NCBI GenBank assembly: GCA_964016885.1
Contig: OZ024757.1
Span: forward strand, 23,622,001-23,686,000
Source of the DNA: Eledone cirrhosa
Lineage: Eukaryota
Direction of reading: 5' to 3'
DNA: 64,000 bases
This document shows, in pieces, positions 27,031-40,507 of the stretch. Made by a program: the position numbers and the translations under genes. The notes beneath the pieces were generated by a model. It did no database searches. It was not told the DNA's origin and was given only the letters and a program-made list of their open reading frames with translations. Within the stretch, counting starts at the first letter, position 1. Each line of letters begins with the position of its first letter.

Positions 27031-27989
27031 GTTGCTGTAGTTCTTATAAAACCAAAGCAATTGAATTAAAAATATGTTATTGTACAAAATCTGCAATGCA
27101 TGTGGTTTTTCAGGTCTAATGTGAATAATTTGAAGTGTTGCATTAATTACAACAGTATGAGCTCTCTTTTGCTGAGAACACAAAAACAAGAGTACATCTG
27201 ATTAATTCAAAGATCATTGTGAAGATGGGTGGTAATCAATATTTTTGACACTGAATTAATTTTATAAACAATTATCTGCACACAATTCAAATTCATCTTA
27301 GATATATCTCAATTAATCCTGTCAGTTGAGTTGAGGTTATCAATATAGAATATTATAGAAAATTCTTCGTTATGATGCAATTAATCTAGATAGAGATAAT
27401 TATTACAGCTATCGCACACAAACCTTCTCAATATGGATGACTTCATCCAGATTTCAACGATTAGGTATTATTATAGAATTTATGTGTACATGTATGAGGG
27501 TGTATGGATATGGATATGTGAATCTGCACATGTACATGTATGCATGCACAAACATGTATCCATATATGCAATGGTGCATACATTCATGAAAATATAAATG
27601 CATATCCCAGTAAATATAAGCATATATATGCAATTTGCATACATATACGCATGTAAATGCATATCCCAGAACATTTAAGCATACATGCATATACACATAC
27701 ACATGCACTAAAACATGTGCACCTACAAATATTGGGATGTGGTCTGCAAAAACATGTAACCATATATGCAATTGTACATTTAAATGTAAATGCATAATAC
27801 AGTAAATTTAAGCACACATGCATATACACATACACACAAATGTATGTGTATGCACATTCACATGCACTAATACATTCAATGTACACCCACAAGCACTGGA
27901 AAGTGCATTCATATTTGGATGTATGTATGCATATGTTTATATATAGAGACATATTTCTGCATAAATGTACATAGATACCCATATGCTTG

Positions 27990-28422
27990 CACTTGTGTGC
28001 AAAGTTGCATGGTAGTGAGATATGAGCAGCGAATGGAAAGGATAGGCAAAAGCTAGAGAGAAATGAAACAAAGCATGCTCCAGTGAATGTGCAATTTTAA
28101 TGTGCCAGATAGACAAAGCATGGATGAACTGAGATAAAAGCTGGTTGTAAGAGGAATTAGATGTAGTTTTCAAAAGTGATGACTGAGCTGGTATAAGCAT
28201 GTCCTCGGAGAAGAAGTGCCAAGAAATCCCAGTGGAAGGAAGCTGCTATAAAGAGAGACTTAAGAAAACATGAGAAGAGATTGTGAGAACTGATCTATAA
28301 TTGCTTAAGCTCACTGATAAAATGACAAAAGACTGCAATGAGTGGCGGGATATTGTGCTGGAGTAGACCAATTAAACCCATGCAAACATAAGAAAAGCAG
28401 GCATAAAACAATGATGATGATT
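27990..28422 (+). pseudogene. Decayed RTE 3' fragment (a similar short one lies at about 3045-3235)
   Basis: Nucleotide similarity to the RTE relics (aagaagtgccaagaaatcccagtggaagga), ending in aacccatgc...(atg)n. Confidence 0.6.
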
Positions 28423-28845
28423 ATATATATATATATATATATATATCTATATCATCATCATAATCATCATCATCATTTAACATCCATATTCCACGCTTGC
28501 ATGGGTTTGGACGGGAGTTTTCCCACTTGAGGCAAGAGTGGTTGTCTTGCTCGCATAGGACTGTCTGGCGGGTTTTCTACGGCTGGATGCCCTTCCTAAC
28601 ACCAAGCACATTTACAGTGTGGAACTGGGAGGTTTTTACCGTGTTACCTACACGGCCACATTACAGCGTGGACTGTGTGTTTTTTTGTTGTGACACCTAC
28701 ACGACCTCATTTGTTTCGGGCTGGATGTTGTGGTACCAACATAACTTTACATTGAAAGGGGTGGTGTGGATGAGGTGGGGGTAGTGAGACGGGGTTGTAT
28801 TTTTGTTAGAGGTGCCTACTGACTGTAGTAGGTTTCACTTTGTAC

Positions 28846-29165
28846 TTAGGTAAGGCGGGTCTTCTCTATTACTGTGTAACGCCAAAGCTCTCGGTCCAGT
28901 GACATTGTCTTGGAGAGGTGTAAGTGTGTGAGGTCGGAGTTTATCAGCTCGTCCCAGGTTTTTCTGGGTCTGCCTACTCCGTGGCTACCATCTATTTTTA
29001 TTGCCCTGCACTTTTTTATACAGCTGTTGTCTTTCATGCGCATCACGTGTTCATACCAACGTAGCCTTCTCTCGAGTAAACAACATCTGATCCCTCTTAT
29101 TTCTAATTTTTCCCTGAGTTCGTTTATGCTTTGCCGTTCACGTATATTACTATTACACATCAGCG
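28846..29165 (-). pseudogene. RTE-clade LINE 3' fragment
   Basis: ELREKL...RRLRWYEHVMRM...GRPRKTW...DRELWR. Confidence 0.85.
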
Positions 29166-29236
29166 GAGCACGCAAGCTTTGTTCCTCTCCAGACTGCGTA
29201 TATCCTCTGCACACAATGCCCAGGTCTCACTGTCAG

Positions 29237-29297
<61 letters not shown>

Positions 29298-29324
29298 TAT
29301 ATATTCTTAAATAAACATTTCTAG

Positions 29325-29378
29325 CTGATGAACGATATCAAACGTTTCTGTTAGAATCGTCTGACTTCGTGAAACCTT
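29325..29378 (+). ncRNA. Partial hammerhead (same family as 9073 and 62002), cleavage site and helix I 3' strand deleted
   Basis: CTGATGA ACGA...TCGT GAAACCTT, then jumps directly to the downstream gtgttg motif. Confidence 0.55.
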
Positions 29379-29539
29379 GTGTTGTTTATTACATATATAT
29401 ATATATATATTATATGTAGGAGGTGAGTTTTATTGTAGCACAATATAGCAATGCAAATATCGGATAAGTAGCACTCAACAGTTTATAGGACTGGAGTATA
29501 AATAATATAAAATCAAAAGATGGTTAAAAGAGTTCCATG

Positions 29540-29610
29540 TATTTTATTATGCACATTTCAAAAACAAATATCATCATGGGATGATATTTGCGTTCTCATC
29601 AGATAAAATA
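29540..29610 (-). ncRNA. Type I hammerhead ribozyme with a long helix II
   Basis: Minus strand: TATTTTAT CTGATGA GAACGCAAATATCATC-ccat-GATGATATTTGTTTTT GAAA TGTGCATA ATAAAATA. Confidence 0.82.
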
Positions 29611-30176
29611 GGGAGACATGATATGAAGCTTAAAAAACATTTGCGAGCAGTGAAGTGTTAATACTATCTATTGGTCACAACTCCAGGTAGAAGGAGCAAC
29701 ATGGAATAAAGTGTCTTGCTCAAGGACATAACGCATTGCCTGGTCCAGGAATCAAACTCACAACCTCACGATTGCAAATCCAATCCTCTAAGCACTTAGC
29801 CACGCATCTTCATATATATGTATAGAGGCACATGGCTATAGGAGGCACATGGCTTAGTGGTTAGAGCATTGGCCTTTCAATCGAAAGGTTGTGAGTTCAA
29901 TTCTCAGACCAGGTGATGTGTTGTTTCCTTGAGCAAGACACTTTATTTCACATTGCTCCAGTTTAATCAGCTGTAGAAATGAGATGATAGGGACTGGGGT
30001 CCATATCATTCCACTGCAAAGTGGTCGTGGAGGTGCCATGGAAAAAAAAGCACTCAGCACTCACTGTAAATGAGGTTGGTGTTAGGAAGGGCATGCAGCT
30101 GTAGAAATCAAGCCAGAATCAGTTCCCGTCCCACCCTTGCAAGCAGGGAAAAAGTGGACGTAAAATGAAATGATGA

Positions 30177-30221
<45 letters not shown>

Positions 30222-30244
30222 AACAGACTTATGTATATGACTAT

Positions 30245-31058
30245 TTTCAGAACTTGAATTATATACCTTATGTGCTCAAGAGGTGCTACTTGCTTACCAA
30301 AGCGCAGAAGGACAGGAGGAAACAGAGGGTGTCAGCCCTAATCAAGGACCTCAAACACACAACCTCCGGGATGCTGAGATTCTTTTCCGATGAGAAGAAT
30401 TTTTTCCAGAACCTGAAACTGAACCGACAGAATGACAGGTGATTGGCTGAGTTCCTATCATCATGCACTTGAAGTATCTGGCCCATCTACTGGTACTTGG
30501 TGATATTAGCAGCAAGGGGGATTTCATGGAGCCTGTCTTCATCCCCAACAGCCTCTGTCTTGGTGCCAATAGCTATGTGAGGGTTCTGGATAAGCACATC
30601 AAGCCATGGATGGACAGGGCGACTAATGGGAGGCCTGACATCTTTCAACAGGACTCCACCCCTGCCCACAAGGCCATGACCCCCAGGCCTGGCTCCTCAC
30701 CACTGGTCACCCAAATAATGGCCTCCTTCAATGCCAGACTGTAATCCTCTTGACTATTTTGTGTTGGGCATCTTGGATAGGAGGTAAACAGCAGGCCCAA
30801 CGCCAAGGAAGATCTCAAGGCAACCATCAGAGATGCCATGGCCAACATGGACAGGGTCACCATCGCCAAGGCCTGCTCCAGCTTCTGGTCCTCCCTAGAG
30901 AAAGTGGTGGTTGCTGATGGTGGCCACATCAAGGGATATTTTTACCTTATATATGTGCGTAACTGTGCATAAAGTTTCATTGAAATATATTAATTTGTTA
31001 TATAAAAAACACTTTATATTATCCATTAATTTTTCCCAGATTTATCTGTCCCACACTG
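30245..31058 (+). mobile_element. Second, more decayed maT-like transposase relic
   Basis: FFSDEKNF, KPWMD and FQQDSTPAH motifs with frameshifts. Ends CACACTG|TA. Confidence 0.85.
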
Positions 31059-31226
31059 TATGTGTGTGTATATATATATTTATTTATGTGTGTGTGTTTG
31101 TGTGTGCATATATATATATATAAATATATATATATATTTATTTATATTTGTGTGTGTGTTTGTGTGTGTGTATATATATATATATATATAAATATATATA
31201 TATATTTATTTATATGTGTGTGTGTT

Positions 31227-31284
<58 letters not shown>

Positions 31285-31403
31285 CTGGTGCCTTGAGAAA
31301 GCAACACCAAAACTCAGCAAGGATAATATCAAAGAATCAAAACAACAGAAATAAGCTTTATTCCATGGTTATGTTTTTCTGGGTTTTTTTAATTCAAATT
31401 CTA

Positions 31404-31462
31404 GCTGTCTGATGAGGTCATAGCTGTTGTATAACAGTCATCACCGAAATATATATAACAGC
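31404..31462 (+). ncRNA. Type I hammerhead ribozyme, intact core
   Basis: Helix I GCTGT/ACAGC; CTGATGA; helix II GGTCATAGCTGTT/AACAGTCATCACC; GAAA; palindromic TATATA helix III; AUA site; AATAAA just downstream. Confidence 0.85.
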
Positions 31463-31526
31463 GACTATGAATAAACAAAGTTAATTTTAACCTGTTGACT
31501 TCCACTTCTTGTTTATATATATATAC

Positions 31527-31558
<32 letters not shown>

Positions 31559-31682
31559 ATTAAATTTCGTATTTCTTAAGAAACTTGGTATGTTTATAGA
31601 TAAACATTTAGAAAGCCATAGCTATGCAAAAAACACTGGGGGCTATCGCCCTCTGGTGGTGTCCAGCAGAAGCAAGGGGGAC

Positions 31683-31728
31683 AATCGCCGATGCATTTCG
31701 AACTTAACTGGTCCTCATCAGGACAATC
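31683..31728 (-). ncRNA. Minimal type I hammerhead ribozyme, intact core
   Basis: Minus strand: GATTGTC CTGATGA GGAC-cagttaa-GTTC GAAA TGCATC GGCGATT. Helix III is the palindrome ATGCAT; AUC site. Confidence 0.88.
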
Positions 31729-32365
31729 CCTCCCACTCTAGCGACTGCTGGACTTGAAAACAGGCGGGAATATATGGTTTTCATGAGGTGATTAACCTCA
31801 TTTGCATATGAAGCTGTATAAGTTGGCTAAACTTATAATAGAATAGAAATATACTGTTCTTTAGAAATACGAAATTTAATACATATCTAGATATGTATTA
31901 AAGATATATATCTAGATATGCATTATAGATATATATTTAGAGCTATGCCTGAAGCTAAATCCTAATTCTATTCTATATATCATCATCATCATTTTACGTC
32001 CGCTTTTCCCTGCTTGCAAGGGTGGGACGTAACTGATTCTGGCTTGATTTCTACAGCTGGTTGCCCTTCCTAACACCAACCTCATTTACAGTGAGTGCTG
32101 GGTGCTTTTTTGCCGTGGCACCTACACGTCCACTTTACAGTGTGGGCTGGGTGCTTTTTTTTTCGTGGCACCTCCACGACCACTTTGCAGTGGAATGATA
32201 GGGACCCCAGTCCCTATCATCTCATTTCTACAGCTGAGTAAACTGGAGCAATGTGAAATAAAGTGTCTTGCTCGAGGAAACAACACATCACCCGGTCTGA
32301 GAATTGAACTCACAACCTTTCGATTGCAAGACCAATGCTCTAACCACTAAGCCATGTGCCTCCAT

Positions 32366-32398
<33 letters not shown>

Positions 32399-33651
32399 AT
32401 GCTAGCATGGAAGAACGGACGTGTGATGATGATGATGATGATATATATAAAGCAAAGGTAAAAATATACAAAGCTCAAATGTATGTAGAGAATTCTATAT
32501 GATAGGATATAATTTCCAAGTAGTTTCAGAATTAGCTCTATGTGTTTATATAATATATTGGTCTGTAGAAAAGGTGGATTTGATGTACAACTCTCTTGAA
32601 ACGTGTGTAAGGGATTAAAAATGATTTAAAGATAATATGCTGTAATGTGGCCGTGTAGGTAACACGGTAAAAACCTCCCAGTTCCACACTGTAAATGTGG
32701 TTGGTGTTAGGAAGGGCATCCAGCCGTAGAAAACCCGCCAGACGTGTAGGTGTCACGACAAAAAAACACACAGCCCACGCTGTAATGTGGCCGTGTAGGT
32801 AACACAGTAAAAACCTCCCAGTTCCACACTGTAAATGTGGTTGGTGTTAGGAAGGGCATCCAGCCGTAGAAAACCTGCCAGACAGTCCTATGCGAGCAAG
32901 ACAACCACTCTTGCCTCAAGTAGGAAAACTCCCGTCCAAACCCATGCAAGCGTGGAATATGGACGTTAAACGATGATGATGATGATGATTTCCATCTATA
33001 TATTTGGTTATGTATAGTGCGATACATTTACAGCTGACGATGGAAACTCCTTTCTTCCTTTCTCCTCCTGTTCCGTCCTAACCACCATCTTAAACCTTGT
33101 TTTTAGTAACCACACAGCTCCTTTCGTTTCGTAACTTTTTATATATATATGTGTGTGTGTGTGGTGTGGTGTGTGTGTGGTGCGTGTAGTGTGTGTGTGG
33201 TGTGTGGTGTGTTGTGTGTGGTGTGTGTATGTAGTGTGTGTGTAGTGTATATGTGGTGTATGTGTGTGTAGTGTATAGGTGGTATATGTGTGTATGTGTA
33301 GTGTGTGGTGTATGTGTGTGTGTGTGTATGTGTGGTGTGTGGTGTTTGTGTGTGTAAGTGTGGTGTATGTGTATGTGTGTGGTGTATGTGTGTCGTACGA
33401 GTGCATCCCTTTGGTCAAATAAATTACAAGGACAATTCTAGGTTCTTCTGCGAGGTAAAAATATAACATGACAAATTCCAGCTTATATTGTAGAAAGCAA
33501 GCTATTGATAAATTAGTAATATTAGTAATATAGTAATATAGTAGCTAGCAGCTAACATATACTAAGGCTATCACCAGATTTATGACTAATGTTTCGTTGA
33601 TGTTTAACAAACGACACCAGGATGTCAAGTATGACTGGAAAAATAATTAAT

Positions 33652-33790
33652 ATGTTTGGTTTTTGTTTGGTTTTTGTTTGGTTTTTGTTTGGTTTTTGTT
33701 TGGTTTTTGTTTGGTTTTTGTTTGGTTTTTGTTTGGTTTTTGTTTGGTTTTTGTTTGGTTTTTATTTGGTTTTTGTTTGGTTTTTGTTTA
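33652..33790. repeat. 11-bp tandem repeat TTTGGTTTTTG (about 12 copies)
   Basis: Direct inspection. Confidence 0.95.
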
Positions 33791-33889
33791 TTTCTTTGTT
33801 TATTTCTTTGTTCTTATAATAAAATGATGACTACAAGAATATTACATAGATAGACAGATATGTACATAGATATACACATACACACACAA

Positions 33890-33952
<63 letters not shown>

Positions 33953-35107
33953 GAGGTTATATTTAATTTGTTGGAGTAAATATTCAATATATTAATAAAT
34001 GGAAACTATATTTATAAAACCATAATTATTTTATTATACATATTGCATGAGGCTAATCCCAGTCTCTGAACATTGAATGCATTTACCCAAAAAGTAGAAC
34101 TGGTCTACATCAGTGGAGACAAACAAGGTCGCAGGTTTTATATCAGAGTGACCTTCTCCTAGAGAGATGTCTTAATGAAGACTAGGAGTCTTTCGATCAA
34201 CAACAAAAAAATCTTTATTGCATGGCCACCGACTCCCTTGAGTTCCTTCTACCCTTTGACAGGTTTTGTTTTTCATCGCGCAGGGTGCCCAAAATCACCG
34301 TCCTCACCAAGCAAACTTGATGGTGTCACCAGTTAAGTCCCTGATGACTGAACGATGCACGGGTTGTACTGGGTTACATGTTACCAGTAATGCTGAAGAG
34401 CGACTTGACATATACATACATATATATATATACACACTCGTACATACATACACACATACATTACATACATACATACATACATACACATACACATATACAT
34501 TACATACATTACTACATAGATGCATGTATACATAACATACATGCATGACTGCACCCATTCATACACACACAGATATATACAGATACACATACACTCATAC
34601 AAGCATACATACACTCATGCATACATATATGCATACATGCATACATGCATACATACACACATGCACATCACATATATACATATACACACATATATATATA
34701 GATACATGTATTACATACATGTATTACATACATATATAGATATATGTATGTAATATGTATGTAATATGTATCTATTACATACACACATCACATATATACA
34801 TACATATATTAGATACACACACATCACATATATACATAGATATATCACATGCATACACACACACATACACATACACACAATGAAACAGCTGGATGTTAAT
34901 AAATCTCTTTTGTTTTAGAAAATACAAAACATAAATGACTATAAATGGAAGAAATAAAAGAAATGACTATTTGCTATCATGTCCATTTTGATTGACTCAA
35001 CATAAAATATTTATATAACTCAGCCAACAGTCAGATAATTATCGATGAGATTTACAAATGCTTGCAGTGTTTCTAGTGGACAACAAATATATTTTCTCTC
35101 AGATTTA

Positions 35108-35527
35108 CATCATCATTATTATTTTACATCCGCTTTTCCCTGCTTACAAGGGTTGGACGGGTCCTATTCAGTACAGCATCTTTCTACTTGTCACGGTCCT
35201 TCGTCATCTCTTCGGTGAGTTTCAGCAATCTGAGGTCTGCTGTCACCACCTCCGCCCATGTTTTACGTGGTCTACCTCTACTGCGTCTTCCTTCTACTAG
35301 GATTTCTTGGCACTTATTTACCCAGCATTCATCCTCCATGCACATCACATGCCCATACCCTCTCAGCCTTCTCTCCTGCACACCACAACTTATCTCTCTT
35401 ATACCCAGTTTCTTTCTCAACTCGTCCATGCTTGGTCGTTCACGCACATTGACATTACACATCCAACGGAGCATGCTTGCTTCATTTCTCTCCAGCCGTC
35501 GCATATCCTCTGCAGTTGCCACCCATA
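35108..35527 (-). pseudogene. RTE-clade LINE 3' fragment
   Basis: LERNEASMLRWMC...RRLRGYGHV...GRPRKTWAEVV. The tail is shared with SINE-A. Confidence 0.85.
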
Positions 35528-36061
35528 ATGATAATGCTTCTACTTTTGGCACATGGCCAGCAATTACCCCAGTGCATTACTGGTGCTTTATTTTATAGAC
35601 CCCATAAGGATGAAAAGCAAAGCTAACTTCAGTGGGATTTGAACTCAGAAAATAAAGAGCCATAACCATGCAGCAAAGCATAGTGTCTGACGCTCTACCG
35701 ATACTGCCAAACCACAGCCCTTTATATAATAACAAGGCCAGCAATTACCCAGTCCACATTACTGGTACTTTATTTTATCGACCTTGTAAGGATGAAAGAC
35801 AAAATTAACTTCAGCGGGATTTGAACTCAGATCGTAAAGGGACGTAACTATGCTGGAAAGCATGTCCGACCCTCTAACCGATACTGTCAATTCAATAATT
35901 GTTTCTTCGTTAGGCACAAGGCCAGCAATTGGAAAGTTGATTAAATCAACCCCTGTGCATAACTGGTGCTTTGATTTACCATACTTGCTGGCCTATTGGA
36001 CACATCTTCGTATAGGACGCCCCTGGTTTTACAAGGACATATTGAAAAAAAAAGTATTTAA

Positions 36062-36280
36062 CCCTTTAATGTTCAAACCAGCTAAAAAGGCCAGAATTCT
36101 CTACCTCTTTCTGTTGAAACTGGCTGTAACTGGCCACTCATACTAATGTTAAGGTATTGTTCTCAAAATAAATACTTTCAAAATCTCATAGATTCAATAT
36201 TATGTGAGATAATTATGCAAGGTAAAGCCTTTACCATGAAAATATAATAGTATATATAGAGTAATATGAATGCTAAAGGG
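36062..36280 (-). mobile_element. piggyBac-like MITE, short copy in reverse orientation
   Basis: TTAA|CCCTTTAATG...ATGCTAAAGGG|TTAA. Internal sequence is the reverse complement of the satellite unit. Confidence 0.75.
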
Positions 36281-37163
36281 TTAAGTACATTTCTTCATAA
36301 ATTTATTAAAAATTATTTCATTGTTTTCTCAGAAACTAATATAAGTTTGACATTTTGCTTATATAAATTATATTGTATTACTGTATTAGTAATACTAATC
36401 ATCATCAACAACATCATCATTTTACGTCCGCTTTTCCCTGCTTGCAAGGGTGGGACGGGAACTGATACTGGCTTGATTTCTACAGCTGGATGCCCTTCCT
36501 AACACCAACCTCATTTACAGTGAGTGCTGGGTGCTTTTTTGCCATGGCACCTCCACGACCACTTTGCAGTGGAATGATATGGACCCCAGTCCCTATCCTC
36601 TCATTTCTACAGCTGAGTAAACTGGAGCAATGTGAAATAAAGTGTCTTGCTCAAGGAAACAACACATCACCCGGTCTGAGAATTGAACTCACAACATTTC
36701 GATTGCAAGGCCAGTATATAATGAGTAATATGAATGCTAAAGGGTTAAGTACATTTCTTCATAAATTTATTAAAAATTATTTCATTGTTTTCTCAGAAAC
36801 TAATATAAGTTTGACATTTTGCTTATATAAATGATATTGTATTACTGCATTAGTAATACTAATAGTAATATAAACTAAATTGTTTTAGCCATGATTGTCC
36901 TCACCCTCTATCCTTCCACCCATCAGTGATACAGGAATATTGGAGGCAGGTAAGATATTTTTATATGTTTTTCTGGGAAAACAAAGTGCATCCAATAGGT
37001 CAGCAAACATTTGATTTAGTTCCTGATACTAGCAACAACAAACCATTAAATAAATTTAAATCATTAACAAAACTAGTTTTCATTAATAATGAATGCAATG
37101 ATATTGAATTAATGAAAATTAATTTTACATTCTGAAAGGAAAACATCAAAGTGATACAATATA

Positions 37164-37768
37164 CGAGGGTGGACTGAAAAGTTCATAGGCTGACTATGAA
37201 GGAGTGATGCTAGAGCTGTGAAATCTTGCATGCATTAATTTCAACTATTAATAACCGAATTGTTTCTTTCCAGAGACTATGTTGAAAAACAAACACTTGG
37301 TCATTCCATGAGAGTATCTTGGTCATAGGCTAACTATGAAGGAGTGATGCTAGAGCTGTGAAATCTTGCATGCATTAATTTCAACTATTAATAACCGAAT
37401 TGTTTCTTTCCAGAGACTATGTTGAAAAACAAACACTTGGTCATTCCATGAGAATATCTTGGTCATAGGCTGACTATGAAGGAGTGATGCTAGAGCTGTG
37501 AAATCTTGCATGCATTAATTTCAACTCTATTGATAACTGAATTGTTTCTTTCCAGAGACTGTGTTGAAAAACAAACACTTGGTCATTCCATGAGAGTATC
37601 TTGGTCATAGGCTGACTATGAAGGAGTGATGCTAGAGCTGTGAAATCTTGCATGCATTAATTTCAACTCTATTAATAACTGAATTGTTTCTTTCCAGAGA
37701 CTAAACCTCTTTTGGTCATTCCATGAGAGTACCTTGGTCAGCTTATGAACCCTTTCAGCCAAGCCTTG
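37164..37768 (+). mobile_element. Mariner-derived MITE with a 4x internal tandem unit of about 140 bp
   Basis: TA|CGAGGGTGGACTGAAAAGTTCATAGGCTGAC ... GTCAGCTTATGAACCCTTTCAGCCAAGCCTTG|TA. The unit carries gactatgttgaaaaa (DYVEK, a mariner C-terminal motif). Confidence 0.75.
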
Positions 37769-37969
37769 TATAAATCAGGGTACACTATAGGTGAGGTCTA
37801 GGGAGGTCTGGTCTCTTCCCATCCTCTTTACTGGGGGTCAGAAGCCATGGATAATCTATGTCCATGACTCTCATAGGAAAAATAGTTACATATGTGGGAC
37901 TTGAGTATGACTCTCAGAAACTGACTACAGAACTGCAGCTCATCTACCTTCATCACTAGACTGAAGCCA

Positions 37970-39061
37970 CGCATACACACATACAGACCCACATACCGAC
38001 ACATACAGACACATACACACACACACATACGGACACATACAGACACACACACACATACGGACACATACAGACACACATACACATACGGACACATACAAAC
38101 ACACACACACATGCGGACACATACAAACACACACACACATACGGACACATACAAACACACACATACAGACACACATACACACACATACAAACACACACAT
38201 ACAGACACACATACACACACATACACACACGGACACATTCACATACGGACACATACAGACACAGATACACATACAGACACATACACACACACATACGGAC
38301 ACATACAAACACACACATACATACAGACACATACACACATACGGACACATACAAACACACATACACATACACATATAGACACACATACGGACACATACAG
38401 ACACATACAGACACACACACACACACATAGACACATACAAACACACATACGCATACTTACACATACAGGGACACATACAAACACACACACACATACAGAC
38501 ACACACATACACATACGGACACATACACACACATACACATTCACATACACACATTCACATACAGACACATACATATACGGACACATACAGACACACACAC
38601 ATACGGATACACACACATACAGACACAGATGCACACACACACAGAGATACACATACAGACACATACAGACCCACATACACATACGGACACACAGACACAC
38701 ACACACATGCACACATACACACAGATGCACACATACAGACATACACACAGACACACATTCCCATACAGACACACATTCCCATACAGACACACACACACAT
38801 ACGACACATACACATATGGACACATACACACACACACAGACACAAACACACACAAAACATACAAAAATACAAACACACACACAAAACACAAAAATACAGA
38901 CACACACACACAGACACACACACATACATAGACACACACACATACATAGACACACAGACACACATACATAGACACACAGACACACACACATACATAGACA
39001 CACAGACACACACACACAGACAAACAGACACAAACACACAAATAGACACAAACACATTCAC

Positions 39062-39094
<33 letters not shown>

Positions 39095-39163
39095 TACATA
39101 GACACACAGACACACACAGACAAACAGACACAAACACACAAATAGACACAAACACACATTCAC

Positions 39164-39208
<45 letters not shown>

Positions 39209-39432
39209 CACACAGACACATAGACAAACAGACACAAACACACAAATAGACACAAACACACATTTACATATATATACACACACACAGACACAAACACACA
39301 AATAGACACAAACACACATTCACATATATATATATACACACACACACACACAGACACACACATAGACACACGGACACACACACACACAGACAAACAGACA
39401 CAAACACACAAATAGACACAAACACACATTCA

Positions 39433-39499
<67 letters not shown>

Positions 39500-39585
39500 A
39501 CACAAACACACAAATAGACACAAACACACACACATATATATAGACACAAACACACACACATATATATATATACACACACACACAA
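37970..39585. repeat. Cryptic (CA)n-rich field
   Basis: Direct inspection. Similar fields at 6810-7145, 15365-15765, 33140-33395, 34410-34880, 56548-57050 and 60337-60650. Confidence 0.9.
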
Positions 39586-39764
39586 CAATTAGATTAGTTT
39601 TGATAAAAAAAAAATCTATTGTTTCTCTAGAGAATCCCTAAAATCCAGATTATGATTATCTAACAAACATATCTTGATAACATCTTAGACTTAAGACTTA
39701 AGCGGGATTAGAAAGTTGGCAATCATCACAATAGAAAGCAATTAACTTACTTATACTGTGGCTA

Positions 39765-40468
39765 GAGAGAGGGGTGGCGGGGGGGGGGGGGGGCTGGAGA
39801 GGGTGGTGGAGGAACGGGATGGGGTGAGGAAATGGGGTGGCGGTTGGAGAAGATGGAGTGAGGTTGGGGTGTGTGATGGTGCGGTGGGGGGGGGGGACTG
39901 GAGGGGGGGGGGAGCAACGGGGGGGCGGAGCAACGGGGGTGGAGAGGGGGGAATAGGGTGGTGGGCGGAGCAACGGGGTGGGTGGAGAGGGGGGGAATAG
40001 GGTGGTGGTTGGAGAAGATGGAGTGAGGTGGGGGAAAATATGATGGTCTGGAGGGGGAGGGGGGGGAGATGGACTGGAGGGGGTGGGGTGGAGGAACGGG
40101 GTGGGTGGTGGAGGAGAGAGGGGAGGGGGGAGCATGGATGGTGGGGTGAGGAAATAGGGTGGCGGTTGGAGAAGATGGAGTGAGGTGGGGGGAAAATATG
40201 ATGGTGCGGTGGGGGAGATGGACTGGAGGGGTGGTGGAGATGTGCTGAAGAGATGAGGGAGTGTGTGTGTGGGGGGGGTGGCAATGTTTATATGTGGGTA
40301 TTGGGGGTGGGAACAAGAAAGAAATATACTAAGCCAACTCTAACAACCATTGGCTGGCTAATGATTTGTTTAAAATCCAGTTTTAAGTTAATCTCTTTTG
40401 TTAAAACACAGTGGTGGTGATGGTGGGAGGGGGGGTCTATTTAGATCCCCTGCCCCCCCTCTCCCTCC

Positions 40469-40507
<39 letters not shown>

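Noticed and set aside
33030-34365. Additional CTGAYGA motifs (about 33034, 34351; also 13313, 42114, 52867)
   Set aside because: No correctly spaced GAAA/NUH with pairing helices, so not called as hammerheads.
37828-39583. Cys/Val- or His/Thr-rich ORFs (also at 6755, 15344, 19412, 56498 and 60301)
   Set aside because: Translations of (CA)/(TA) microsatellites.
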